Source: Candidatus Fervidifonticultor secundus
Lineage (GTDB): Bacteria > Sysuimicrobiota > Sysuimicrobiia > Sysuimicrobiales > Humicultoraceae
DNA length: 64,000 nt
Assembly: GCA_031459385.1 (NCBI GenBank)
Contig: JAVKIP010000005.1
Span: 1 to 64,000 of the forward strand
Direction: 5' to 3'
Each line of letters starts with the position of its first letter. The first letter of the stretch is position 1. A program made the translations under genes and the position numbers. Below are positions 1 to 17,280 of the stretch, one piece after another. The notes beneath the pieces were generated by a model, which made no database searches, was not told the DNA's origin, and worked only from the letters and a program-made list of their open reading frames with translations.

Positions 1-2318
1 TTCCGCGGGGTGAACGGCATATCGAGGTGGGCGATCCCCAGCGGGGCCAGCGCGTCGGCCACGGCGTTGGCCACCGCGGCCGTGGCGGCAATGGTGCCTG
101 TCTCGCCCACGCCCTTGATCCCCAGCGGCTGGTGGGGCGACGGCGTCACCGTCCGGTCGGTCTCGTAGCGCGGCACCTGGAACGCTTTCGGGACGGTGTA
201 GTCGCTCATGGACGCGCTGAGGAGCTGCCCGCTGGAGTCGTAGACCGCGGTCTCGTAGAGCGCCTGAGCGATCCCCTGGGTGATGCCACCGTGGACCTGC
301 CCGTCGACGATCAGGGGGTTGATGACGTTCCCGCAGTCGTCCACCGCTACGTAGCGCACCACGCGGATCTCGCCGGTCTCGGGATCGACCTCCACGGTGC
401 AGACGTGGGCGCCGAACGGATAGGTGAAGTCAGACGGGGCGAAGAACGCCGTGGCCTCCATGCCCGGCTCGACCCCAGCCGGCAGGTTCCACGCCAGGGT
501 CGCGGCCAGGGTGACCTCCTGGATGGTCTTGACCCTGTCCGGCGCGCCCCGAACAAAAAAGCGGCCGCCCTCGAAGACGATATCGCTCTCGGCGGCCTCC
601 AGCAGGTGCGCGGCGATCTTCTTCCCCTTCTCGATGAGGCGATCGCAGGCCCGGACGATGGCACCGGTGCCTACCACCGTCGTGCGGCTCCCGTAGGTGC
701 CCCACCCCATGGGCGTGATGGTGGTGTCGCCGTGGACGACCTCCACGTCCTCCAGCGGCACACCCAACCGGTCGGCTGTGACCTGGGCGAAGGTGGTCTC
801 CTCCCCCTGGCCGTGAGGCGACTCACCGATGAACACCCACACCTTGCCTGTGGGTGCCAGCCGCACCACGGCGCTCCCGTAACCGCCGATCTGGAAGCCC
901 ACCGCGCCCATGACCGGCGGCGGGCCGGCGCCGCAGATCTCCACGTAGGTCGACAGCCCAACCCCGAGGTAGCGCCCCTGGCGACGGGCTTCGGCCTGCT
1001 GGCCGCGGAGTGCGTCGTAGTCGATCATCCGCAGGGCGCGCTCCATGGCCCCCTCGTAGTCGCCGCTGTCGTAGGCGATGCCAGAGGCCACCGTGTAGGG
1101 GAACTTGTCTTTGGGGATGAAGTTGCGGCGCCGCACCTCCGCCGGGTCGCGCCCGACCTCCCGCGCCACCAGGTCCACCGCCCGCTCCACCAGGTAGGTG
1201 GCCTCGGGCCGGCCCGCGCCGCGGTAGGCATCCACCGGGGTGGTCGTGGTGAACACCCCGTGCACGGTGTAGTCCAGGGCGCCGACCGTGTAGCACCCCG
1301 AGAGCATCAGCCCATGCAAGATCGTGGGGATCCCCGGGGCCGCCGTCGAGAGGTAGGCGCCCATGTTGGCCCATGTGGTGCCCCGGATGGCGCGAATGGT
1401 GCCGTCCCTCCTCGCGGCGATCTCCAGGTCGGTGACGTGGTCGCGGCCGTGGATGGTGGCCACGTAGTTCTCCCGACGGTCTTCGGTCCACTTCACCGGC
1501 CGACCCAGCTCTCGGGCCAGGTAGGGGATCAGGGCGTCTTCCGGGTAGACGTGGATCTTGGACCCAAACCCCCCGCCCACCTCGGGCGCGATCACGCGGA
1601 CCTTGTGCTCGGGCAGGCCCAGGATCCCGCAGATGATGGACCGGTGGATGTGCGGGTTTTGGGAGGTGAGCCAGACGGTGACTTCGCCGGTGGCCGGGTG
1701 GGGCTGCGCAGCGACCGCCCGCGTCTCCATCGCGTTGGGGATCAGCCGGTGGTTGACGAAGCGCTGGCGGACGACCACCTCGGCCTGCCGGAACGCGGCC
1801 TCGACGTCGCCGCCGGCGACCTTCCAGGTGAACGCCAGGTTGCCCGGCACGTCGTCGTGCAGCTGCGGCGCGCCGGCCTGAGCGGCCTTCTCCTGGTCGA
1901 CCACCGCCGGCAGCGGCTCGTAGGCCACCTCGACCAGATCGGCGGCGTCGCGGGCGGCGTAACGGCTCTCGGCCAACACCACCGCCACGCCTTCGCCCAC
2001 GTAGCGCACCCGGTCGACCGCCAGCACCGGCCGGCGGGGGACCTTGAGGTTGGCGTTGGGGATGAGCCAGGCGCACGGCACCGGCCCCAGCCGCCCCTCC
2101 AGGTCACGGCCCGTGTACACCGCCACGACGCCGGGGTGGGCGCGGGCCCGGGCCGTCTCGATGCGGACGATGCGCGCGTGGGCGTGGGGGCTGCGCACGA
2201 CCGTCGCGTAGACCGCGCCGGCCAGGCGCACGTCGTCAGTGTAGGTGGCGCGGCCGGTGATCAGCTGCGGGTCGTCACGGCGCTTCACGCTGGCTCCGAA
2301 CAGTCTGGTCACCGCCAC
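1..2318 (-). CDS. Xanthine dehydrogenase family molybdopterin-binding large subunit (form II CoxL-like); 3' end runs off the window
   Basis: Not in the ORF track because it is open at the window edge. GTG start after a GGAGG SD reads [30 protein letters not shown]. Active-site loop [11 protein letters not shown] lies near 1200-1232, and the C-terminal ...[12 protein letters not shown] is at the edge. Confidence 0.92.
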   Translation of the reverse strand, partial: MAVTRLFGASVKRRDDPQLITGRATYTDDVRLAGAVYATVVRSPHAHARIVRIETARARAHPGVVAVYTGRDLEGRLGPVPCAWLIPNANLKVPRRPVLAVDRVRYVGEGVAVVLAESRYAARDAADLVEVAYEPLPAVVDQEKAAQAGAPQLHDDVPGNLAFTWKVAGGDVEAAFRQAEVVVRQRFVNHRLIPNAMETRAVAAQPHPATGEVTVWLTSQNPHIHRSIICGILGLPEHKVRVIAPEVGGGFGSKIHVYPEDALIPYLARELGRPVKWTEDRRENYVATIHGRDHVTDLEIAARRDGTIRAIRGTTWANMGAYLSTAAPGIPTILHGLMLSGCYTVGALDYTVHGVFTTTTPVDAYRGAGRPEATYLVERAVDLVAREVGRDPAEVRRRNFIPKDKFPYTVASGIAYDSGDYEGAMERALRMIDYDALRGQQAEARRQGRYLGVGLSTYVEICGAGPPPVMGAVGFQIGGYGSAVVRLAPTGKVWVFIGESPHGQGEETTFAQVTADRLGVPLEDVEVVHGDTTITPMGWGTYGSRTTVVGTGAIVRACDRLIEKGKKIAAHLLEAAESDIVFEGGRFFVRGAPDRVKTIQEVTLAATLAWNLPAGVEPGMEATAFFAPSDFTYPFGAHVCTVEVDPETGEIRVVRYVAVDDCGNVINPLIVDGQVHGGITQGIAQALYETAVYDSSGQLLSASMSDYTVPKAFQVPRYETDRTVTPSPHQPLGIKGVGETGTIAATAAVANAVADALAPLGIAHLDMPFTPR

Positions 2319-2821
2319 GGTGCCTCACCTCCCCCGCCCGCGGCCGCCTGCGCCGCCGGCTGGCCCATCTTGCGCGCGGCGCTCAAGATCGCGTTGACGA
2401 TGTGCTGGTAGCCCGTGCAGCGGCAGAGGTTGCCCTCCAGGCCGACCCGGACCTGCTCCTCGGTGGGGTTGGGGTAGCGCTCGAGGATCTGGAGGGCCGT
2501 CATGATCATGCCCGGCGTGCAGAAGCCGCACTGCAGCCCGTGCTCTTCCCAGAAGGCCTCCTGGATCGGGTGCAGCTGCCCGTCCTTGGCCAGGCCCTCG
2601 ACGGTCTGGATCGTCCCGCCGTCGGCCTGCACGGCGAGGACCGTGCACGACTTGACCGCCTGCCCGTTGAGGAGGATGGTGCATGCGCCGCAGCTGGTGG
2701 TGTCGCAGCCGATGTGGGTGCCTGTGAGGCCCAGCACATCGCGGATGTAGTGCACCAGCAGCAGCCGTGGCTCGACGTCGTGGGTGGCGGTGACCCCGTT
2801 GGTCGTGATGGTCACCTTCAC
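2309..2821 (-). CDS. 2Fe-2S small subunit (CoxS/CutS-like)
   Basis: Motifs [19 protein letters not shown] and [11 protein letters not shown] start after AGGAGGTG; overlaps the large-subunit start. Confidence 0.93.
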   Translation of the reverse strand: MKVTITTNGVTATHDVEPRLLLVHYIRDVLGLTGTHIGCDTTSCGACTILLNGQAVKSCTVLAVQADGGTIQTVEGLAKDGQLHPIQEAFWEEHGLQCGFCTPGMIMTALQILERYPNPTEEQVRVGLEGNLCRCTGYQHIVNAILSAARKMGQPAAQAAAGGGGEAPWR

Positions 2822-3081
2822 GCTCTCACCTCCTGTCGAGCTGTACAGGATGGGTCTGCTCTGGGGCGCAGGGAGGACGTTCGGCACCCTCCCGGATCTT
2901 CCCTGCGCCGCCGTGCCGCCCGCGGGCAACTGGGCAGCCAGGGCCACGCGGGGCGCATGTGCCACGGAGCGCGCGTGGCCGACGGCAGCCACCCGACCTG
3001 GAGGCGCCCCGGGCCAGCACGTCGAACTGCTCTCCTCAAACATCGGCACGTCGGATGTCCGCGGAGGAGCTGCCGACGAGT

Positions 3082-5064
<1,983 letters not shown>

Positions 5065-5122
5065 GACCCACTGCGCGCGCAGTGACCGCCACCGGCAGGC
5101 GCTGCGGTCGGGCCGGGGGGCC

Positions 5123-7243
<2,121 letters not shown>

Positions 7244-7274
7244 GCCCCTGGCGGCGCGCCGCGGTAGGTGGCGA

Positions 7275-9143
7275 TCACGGGGCCACCTCCACCAGGCCGG
7301 CCGCCGCGCGGGGAAACGTCACGCACTCCGGCGCCACCCGGGGCGGAACCGGCGCTGCCGTGTACTGCGACTGCTCGGTATCCCAGGCCCACCGGCCCGG
7401 CGGCCGCGGCAGCACCAGGCCGTCGCGCAGCGCGACCACCAGCGCCCAGCGCCCGCGCCGCACGACGAGTCCGCCGTCTGCGGGGCTCGTCGCGCTCTCC
7501 TCGCACTCCGCCGCAGGGGTCCCATGCGCACGGCGCGACCGGTGCGCCGCCGCACCCCCGCCGCGCCCCGGGTCGCCCGCCGCGCCCGTCGTCTGCCGCA
7601 GCGCGAGCAGGTCGCGGTACAGCTGCAGCACCCGGCGGTGCGGGGCGCGCGCGGGTTCGGTCCAATCCAGGCGGCTGCGCGCGAACGTCTGCGGATCCTG
7701 CGGGTCGGGGATCGCGCCGGCGAATCCCGCGAACCGGCGAAACTCCCGACGCCGCCCCTCGCGGACCAACTCCCCCAGCGGCGGCGCGTGGTCGGTGAAG
7801 AAGCAGAACGGCGTGCTGGCAGCCCACTCCTGGCCCATAAACAGCAGCGGCAGCGCCGGCCCGAGGAGCAGCAGCGCCGAGGCCGCGCGGTAGACGGCGG
7901 GTGCCACCGTGGCGGTCAGCCGCTCGCCCTGCGGGCGGTTGCCCACCTGGTCGTGGTTCTGGAGGAAGTGCACGAAGCGGCACAGCGGCACGCCATCCGG
8001 CGAGGTGCCGCGCGGCGCGCCGAAGTAGCTCGAGTACTGGCCGGTGAACAGCCAGCCCTGGCGGACGATCGTGGCCAGATCGCGCCAGGACGGTGCGAAA
8101 TCGGCGAAGTAGCCGTCGGTGTCGCCGGCCAGCAGGCGGCGCACCTGGTGATGGTAGTCGTCGCTCCAGACCCCGTCGAGTTCGTACCCGCCGTCCTGCG
8201 CCGGCCGGACGAGCCGCGCCAGGTTGCGGTGATCCTCGGCGATCAGGTACCGGCGCGGGCCCGGCAGGGCCGCGACGGCCCGGCGCAGCTCCAGCAGGAA
8301 GTGCGTCGGGCTCTCATCGACGATGGCGTGGGTGGCGTCCAGGCGCAGGCCGTCCAGGTGGTACTCTGCCAGCCAGTGCAGGGCGCTGTCGATGAAGAAC
8401 GCCCGGACCCCGTCGGCACCCTCCCCGTCGAAGTTGATCGCCGGTCCCCACGGCGTCCGGTGCGTGCGCGAGAAGAACCGTGGATCGAACGCCGGGGCGT
8501 AGGCGCCGTCGGGCCCCAGGTGGTTGCAGACGACGTCGAGGAAGACGGCCAGGCCCAGGCGGTGCGCCTCGTCGACCAGGGCCCGGAGGTCGTCAGGGCG
8601 GCCGTAGGCTGCCGCGGGCGCGAACAGGGCCGCGCCGTCGTATCCCCAGTTCCAGCGGCCGGGAAAGTCCGCCACGGGCATCAGCTCCACCGCCGTCACG
8701 CCCAGGTCGCGCAGGTAAGGCAGGCGGCGCCGGAGGCCGGCAAACGTGCCCTCCGGCGAGAACGCCCCGACGTGCAGCTCGTAGAACACCAGGCGCTCCT
8801 GCGCCACCCCCTGCCAGCCCCCATCCGCCCAGCGGTATGCGCCGGGCTCGATGACCTCCGACGGTCCGTGCACACCGTGCGGCTGGAACCGGCTGGCCGG
8901 ATCAGGGTAGGTGGACCCGCCGTCGGGGCGGTAGCGGTAGAGCGCGCCGGGCGCCACACCGGCGACCACGCCCTCGAACCAGCCGCCGCGCCGGTGGAGG
9001 GGGTGCGCGTCGCCGTCGGGCTCGAGGATCACCTCGACCCGCGTGGCCGCGGGCGCCCACACCGCGAAGCGCACGCCGCCGGGCACGGGATGCGCGCCCC
9101 GCCGCAGCGGCCCCGGCCAGGGGAGCGTGCACGCCCCCGCCAT
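7275..9143 (-). CDS. treZ: Malto-oligosyltrehalose trehalohydrolase
   Basis: PDPASRFQPHGVHGPS, NWGYDG, DGLRLDATHAI, QNHDQVGNR and LFMGQEW. Start re-called at ATG 9143. Confidence 0.92.
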   Translation of the reverse strand: MAGACTLPWPGPLRRGAHPVPGGVRFAVWAPAATRVEVILEPDGDAHPLHRRGGWFEGVVAGVAPGALYRYRPDGGSTYPDPASRFQPHGVHGPSEVIEPGAYRWADGGWQGVAQERLVFYELHVGAFSPEGTFAGLRRRLPYLRDLGVTAVELMPVADFPGRWNWGYDGAALFAPAAAYGRPDDLRALVDEAHRLGLAVFLDVVCNHLGPDGAYAPAFDPRFFSRTHRTPWGPAINFDGEGADGVRAFFIDSALHWLAEYHLDGLRLDATHAIVDESPTHFLLELRRAVAALPGPRRYLIAEDHRNLARLVRPAQDGGYELDGVWSDDYHHQVRRLLAGDTDGYFADFAPSWRDLATIVRQGWLFTGQYSSYFGAPRGTSPDGVPLCRFVHFLQNHDQVGNRPQGERLTATVAPAVYRAASALLLLGPALPLLFMGQEWAASTPFCFFTDHAPPLGELVREGRRREFRRFAGFAGAIPDPQDPQTFARSRLDWTEPARAPHRRVLQLYRDLLALRQTTGAAGDPGRGGGAAAHRSRRAHGTPAAECEESATSPADGGLVVRRGRWALVVALRDGLVLPRPPGRWAWDTEQSQYTAAPVPPRVAPECVTFPRAAAGLVEVAP

Positions 9144-9160
9144 GCCGCCCCAGCCCGGCG

Positions 9161-11058
9161 CTAGGCGGGCGGCGCGCCGGTCGCAGGCGCCAGGAACAGC
9201 GCGGCCAGCGGCGGGAGCGTCAGCACCACCGAGTACGGCTGCCCGTGCCAGGGGACCGGACTGGCCTCGACGCCGCCCAGGTTGCCCCACCCCGTGCCCC
9301 CGTACTCGACGGCATCGCCGTTGAGGAGCTCGCGCCACCGCCCGGGCGCCGGCACGCCCAGCCGGTACTGGTGGCGCGGGACGGGCGTGAAGTTGCACAC
9401 GACCACCACGACGGCGCCGGGCGACCGCCCGCGGCGCATGAAGCTCAGCACGCTCTGGTCCGCGTCATGCGGGTCGATCCACGCGAAGCCCGCGGGCTCG
9501 CAGTCCAGCTCGTGCAGCGCCGGCTGCTCGCGGTAGACGCGGTTGAGATCGGCCACCCACCGCTGCACGCCCGCATGGCGCGGGTCGGCCAGCAGGTGCC
9601 AGTCGAGGCTGGCGTCGTGGTCCCACTCCCGCCACTGCCCGAACTCGCCGCCCATGAACAGCAGCTTCTTCCCCGGCTGCGCGTACTGGTAGCCGAGGAG
9701 CAGGCGCAGGTGCGCCAGCCGCTGTCCGTCGTCTCCCGGCATCCGGCCGGCCAGCGACCCCTTCCCGTGGACGACCTCGTCATGCGAGAGGGGCAGCACG
9801 AAGTTCTCCGTGAAGGCGTAGAGCTGGCGGAACGTCAACCGGTGGTGGTGGTACTTCCGGTAGATCGGGTCCAGGCGCAGGTAGGCCAGCGTGTCGTGCA
9901 TCCACCCCATGTCCCACTTGAGCCCGAACCCCAGCCCGCCCACGTAGGTGGGCCGGGAGACCATGGGCCAGGCCGTCGACTCCTCGGCGATCGTCAGCGC
10001 GTCGGGGAAGGCCCGGTAGACCTCCTCGTTGAGCCGTCGCAGGAAGGCGATAGCCTCCAGGTTCTCGCGCCCGCCGTAGACGTTGGGCACCCACTGGCCC
10101 GCGGGCCGCGAGTAGTCCAGGTAGAGCATCGACGCCACGGCGTCGACCCGCAGGCCGTCGGCGTGATAACGCTCCAGCCAGAAGAGCGCGCTGCTGAGCA
10201 GGAAGCTGCGGACCTCGTGGCGGCCGTAGTTGAAGATGTAGCTCTGCCAGTCGGGATGCAGGCCTTGGCGCGGGTCGGCGTGCTCGTAGAGGTGGGTGCC
10301 GTCGAAGACGCCCAGGCCGTGGTCGTCGGTGGCGAAGTGCGAAGGCACCCAGTCCACGATGACGCCGATACCGTGCTGGTGGAGGTGGTCGATGAGGAAC
10401 ATGAAGTCCTGGGGCGTCCCGTAGCGCGCCGTCGGCGCGAAGTACCCGGTGAGCTGGTAGCCCCAGGAGCCGTAGAACGGATGCTCCATCACTGGCAGGA
10501 ACTCCACGTGCGAAAACCCCATCTGCCGCACGTAGTCGGCCAGCCGGGGCGCCAGCTCGCGATAGGTGAGCGGCCGGTTGCCGTCCTCGGGCACGCGGCG
10601 CCACGACCCCAGGTGGACCTCGTAGATGGCTATCGGCGCGTCGAGCCGCTGCTGGCGCGCACGGCCGGCCATCCAGGCCGCGTCGCCCCAGGCGTAGGTG
10701 AGGTCCGCGATCACCGAGGCCACACCCGGCGGGGGCGTGGTCTGGAAGGCCAGCGGGTCGGCCTTGTCCACGCGGTACGTGCCGCCGCGGGCGGTCACAT
10801 GATACAGGTACCGGTGGCCGGGCCGCGCCTCGGGTACCACCCCTTCCCAGACGCCGGAGGTCCCCCGCGGGGCCAGCGGATGCCGGGTCCGGTCCCACGC
10901 GTTGAAGTCGCCGCATACCGTGACCCGCTCGGCGTTGGGAGCCCAGACGGCGAAGGCCGTGCCCTGACCATCGGGCAGCGGGTGCGCGCCGAGGTGGTCG
11001 AAGAGCCGCAGGTGCGAGCCCTCGTTGAAGAGGTAGAGATCGTCGTCGCTCAACAGCG

Positions 11059-11062
<4 letters not shown>
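9161..11062 (-). CDS. glgB: 1,4-alpha-glucan branching enzyme
   Basis: [49 protein letters not shown] and [16 protein letters not shown] overlap with the treS stop. Confidence 0.95.
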
Positions 11063-14403
<3,341 letters not shown>

Positions 14404-14413
14404 GCCCCACCCC

Positions 14414-14520
14414 TCAGAGGTACTATCTCCACGTCGCGCCCGGTCCGCACCCGCCGGCGGACGAGGGTGATGTGGGCCGGCAGCACGTCCGGGCGCAGTT
14501 CGACGGCGTTCCGCGCTCCC
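14414..14520 (-). pseudogene. Decayed 3' remnant of glgE (maltosyltransferase)
   Basis: The minus strand reads GARNAVELRPDVLPAHITLVRRRVRTGRDVE, then TAC CTC TGA in a shifted frame. This resembles the GlgE C-terminus as I recall it and sits in the usual glgE position directly upstream of treS. No upstream GlgE body is present. Confidence 0.6.
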
Positions 14521-14646
14521 GCGGCCGTGGCTTCCGGCAGGTTAGCGACTTTCGCGTGCGAGGGGCGCGGTCCTGTGCGTGCCGCGGCGGGCGGTCTCCG
14601 GGGCCGGGGAGACGGCGCGGGGGCCTCGACTCAGCGCGCTACGCGC

Positions 14647-15153
14647 TCACGGCTGGGTGAAAGGATGCTCCAGCTGCACGTCGCTCTGCAGCGCCCCACT
14701 GTTGGCCGTGCGGGGCACCGTGACGACCAGACGCTCCGGCTCCGGCCGCACGACGACCTGCACTACACGCACGGTGTCGACAGGAATCACCACGGCACTG
14801 ACGGGAATCGGCACCAGGTAGAACAGCCGGCCCTTGACCTTGGCGCCGGCCGGTGTGCCCAGCCGCACGAGCTGTCCTGGGGGAATCATCGGCGGTCCCG
14901 GCGGGCCGAAGCCGAGAAACGCGCCCGCGGCGGTGCGGACCACGTAGAACGTGTAGCACCGCCCGCCGGCGATCACGATGCCGCCCAGGCGCACGACGTT
15001 GTCGAAGCACCAGGCGTCCCGGTCCTGCTTGACCTTGACCGTCACCACCTTCACGTGGGCGCCAGGCAGCTTGCCTGCCGGGGCCGCCTGGACGGCGCCC
15101 AGTGCCACCTGCGTCAGGAGCGGGAGAGCCAGCAACCAGGACCATCGTCTCAT
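14647..15153 (-). CDS. Hypothetical secreted protein, paralog A
   Basis: Sec-like signal (MRRWSWLLALPLLTQVALGAVQA), GGAGG SD, and a C-x16-CYTFY motif shared with the adjacent gene. Confidence 0.75.
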   Translation of the reverse strand: MRRWSWLLALPLLTQVALGAVQAAPAGKLPGAHVKVVTVKVKQDRDAWCFDNVVRLGGIVIAGGRCYTFYVVRTAAGAFLGFGPPGPPMIPPGQLVRLGTPAGAKVKGRLFYLVPIPVSAVVIPVDTVRVVQVVVRPEPERLVVTVPRTANSGALQSDVQLEHPFTQP

Positions 15154-15192
15154 CGATTCGCCCTCCTTGCCGTTGCGCCCCGGGGGGCGTGT

Positions 15193-15633
15193 TCACAGGT
15201 ACGACACGGGCAGTTCCACCGTGCCTGCGGGCGGCCCGGCGATGCGCACCTGCAGCCGCCCGGCCGGCAGGAGCCGCACCGTCACGGCCTGGACCGTGCG
15301 CGGCGGCGCCAGCGGCGCGGCTGCCGGCATCGGCACGCGGTACTGCAGCCCCACCAGTACCTCCAGCGCGGCCGGCGCGTCCATGGCGACGACCTGGCCC
15401 GGCTGGAGCCGTGGCCGGCCCGCCGGCCCTACCCCCAGCAGCGCGCCCTCGGCCAGACGCACCAGGTAGAACGTGTAGCATCGGTTGCCCGGGAGCACGA
15501 TGTAGCCGATCTGGATCGTGTGGGGGAGGCAGCCGGCGCCGATCCCGCCAGAACTCTCCGGTTCGGCGCGCGCCGGCCGCCCCGCTCCCCCCGCCAGGGT
15601 CAGCAGCACGCCCGCCAGCACCAGAGCCCGCAC
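15193..15633 (-). CDS. Hypothetical secreted protein, paralog B
   Basis: C-terminal part of the 15193..16638 ORF. Signal-like VRALVLAGVLLTLAGGAGRPARA; aligns without gaps to paralog A. Start uncertain. Confidence 0.7.
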   Translation of the reverse strand: MRALVLAGVLLTLAGGAGRPARAEPESSGGIGAGCLPHTIQIGYIVLPGNRCYTFYLVRLAEGALLGVGPAGRPRLQPGQVVAMDAPAALEVLVGLQYRVPMPAAAPLAPPRTVQAVTVRLLPAGRLQVRIAGPPAGTVELPVSYL

Positions 15634-15648
15634 GATCGCCCGCCGCAG

Positions 15649-15654
15649 AGTATA
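15649..15654 (-). promoter_or_regulatory. Putative -10 element (TATACT) upstream of the paralog pair
   Basis: TATACT on the minus strand in a locally AT-richer patch 15 nt upstream of the proposed GTG start. Confidence 0.35.
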
Positions 15655-15794
15655 TGCCCTCTCTCTATGGTACGCAGTCACCGCGCCGGCGGTTCCCTGC
15701 CAGGCGCCGGAGCCAGCACGCGGGACGCCGGCGCCGACGTCATTGCCGACGGCATCGCGCCGTTGTTCAAGGTGCCAGGCCCTCGGACCGGGAC

Positions 15795-16607
15795 TCACGA
15801 CGTGGGAGGCTCCGTGGGCCGGGCTGCCTGCGCGGCCCGGCCCACGATCCGGTCCACCAGCCCGGGGGCCAGGGTGTTGACGGCGATCATCGCCCGGTAG
15901 ATGCCCGGCAGTACGCGCCGCGGCTGCGGTCTGTCCGCGAGCTGCACGATCGCGGCCGCGACGCGGTCCGCGTCGGTGCGCAGCCAGCGCAGCTGCCGCC
16001 ACCGGCCCCGCACGGCCCGCAGGCCCCTGCCGGTGGCACCGTGAGCGCCGAACTCGGTGCCCTCCACCGGCCCGGGCGTGATGACACAGATGTGGACGCC
16101 TTGCGGCCCGACCTCGCGGCGCAGCGCCTCGCTGAACCCGTCGAGGCCGAACTTCGCCGCGTTGTAGATCGACATGGTGGGGGTGGCGATGCGGCCCGCG
16201 ACGGACCCCACGTTGACGATCACCCCGCGCCGCTGCGCCAGCATCACCGGGAGCACCGCGCGGGACAGGAGGATCGGAGCCAGCAGGTTCACCTGGAGCT
16301 GAGACTCGATCTCCGCCACGGGGAGGTGCTCGAGCCAGTCGTAGCGGCCCAGCCCGGCGTTGTTCACCAGCACGTCGATGCGGCCGTAGCGCTCGCGCGT
16401 GGCGCTTGCCACGCGCTCGACGTCGCCGGCGCGCGTCAGGTCTGCTGGGACGACCAGGGCGTCGGGCAGGCCGGCGGCCAGCTGCTGCAGCCGGTCGGCG
16501 CGCCGCGCCACCAGCACCACGCGGTCCCCGGCGCGGCCGAACGCCCGGGCCGTCGCCTCGCCGATGCCGCTGGACGCGCCTGTGACGATGACGACCCGAC
16601 CGCCCAT
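15795..16607 (-). CDS. Short-chain dehydrogenase/reductase
   Basis: TGASSGIG, NNAG and catalytic YNAAK. Confidence 0.92.
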   Translation of the reverse strand: MGGRVVIVTGASSGIGEATARAFGRAGDRVVLVARRADRLQQLAAGLPDALVVPADLTRAGDVERVASATRERYGRIDVLVNNAGLGRYDWLEHLPVAEIESQLQVNLLAPILLSRAVLPVMLAQRRGVIVNVGSVAGRIATPTMSIYNAAKFGLDGFSEALRREVGPQGVHICVITPGPVEGTEFGAHGATGRGLRAVRGRWRQLRWLRTDADRVAAAIVQLADRPQPRRVLPGIYRAMIAVNTLAPGLVDRIVGRAAQAARPTEPPTS

Positions 16608-16749
16608 GGGCGCCGCCCCCCTCGCCGCGATGGCTCATCCTCTCTCCGCTGTTCGCAGGCGCCCGGGCAAACCCCTGGCGGCGCCGGGAGGACGCCGCGA
16701 GACGCCTGCAGAACTAGCGCGCGATCCTGCCGTTGCCCGGGGAGGTCCC

Positions 16750-17220
16750 ATGGCGGACGTCGTCCACCTCTCGAAGATCCGCGTCTACCAGGAGAAGCGC
16801 CCGCGGCGCCGCGCCTACATCGCCGACTTCCCCACGCCCGTCTACTTCGGCGTGCACGCCGGGGTCGCGGCCTTCTACAAGATGACGCCGGAGGAACCGC
16901 TGCCGTCCACACTCGACTACCTAGTGGCGGCCGCGGCCGGCTGACTCACGGGCACACTGGCCGGCGCGCTGGAGGCGCGCGGGATCCCCAGTTACCCCGA
17001 CCGGCTGTGGACCGAGGCCGAGGGCACGATCGCGGCGCCGGAGGGCGTCATGAGAGTCACGCACATCCGGGTCACCTACCACCTGACGATTCCGTCCGGC
17101 ACGCGCGCCAACGCCGACCGGGCGCTGGCGGTCTTCGCGGCGCGTTGCCCCGTGGCGCAGACCCTCAAGGGTTGCGTGGAGATCGAGCACCATGCCGTCA
17201 TCGAGGAAGCCCCTGCCTAG
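16750..17220 (+). CDS. OsmC-family protein with in-frame UGA at codon 65 (probable selenocysteine)
   Basis: GGAGG SD and ATG 16750. Reads ...STLDYLVAAAAG-UGA(16942-16944)-LTGTLAGALEARGI...ARCPVAQTLKG...TAG 17220. The UGA sits at the first conserved OsmC Cys and the second Cys motif (CPV) is downstream in frame. Confidence 0.85.
16945..16985 (+). promoter_or_regulatory. Candidate bacterial SECIS hairpin
   Basis: GCGCGC(16964-16969)-TGGAG loop-GCGCGC(16975-16980). The apical loop starts 25 nt after the UGA and has G at its second position. Confidence 0.6.
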
Positions 17221-17280
17221 CGGTGGGTCGCACCACGGCTTCCCGGGCATCGCGCGGGAGGTCGTGGCCGGGATCGCGGC

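Noticed and set aside
1..2318. Aerobic carbon monoxide dehydrogenase (form I)
   Set aside because: It has AYRGAGR, not AYxCSFR.
27..2411. 794-aa plus-strand ORF
   Set aside because: Antisense shadow of the CoxL-like gene; the recognisable motifs are on the minus strand.
16750..16944. Stand-alone 64-aa peptide or nonsense pseudogene
   Set aside because: The stop is UGA at the conserved Cys position, the downstream frame is intact and a SECIS-like hairpin follows, so Sec recoding is the better explanation.
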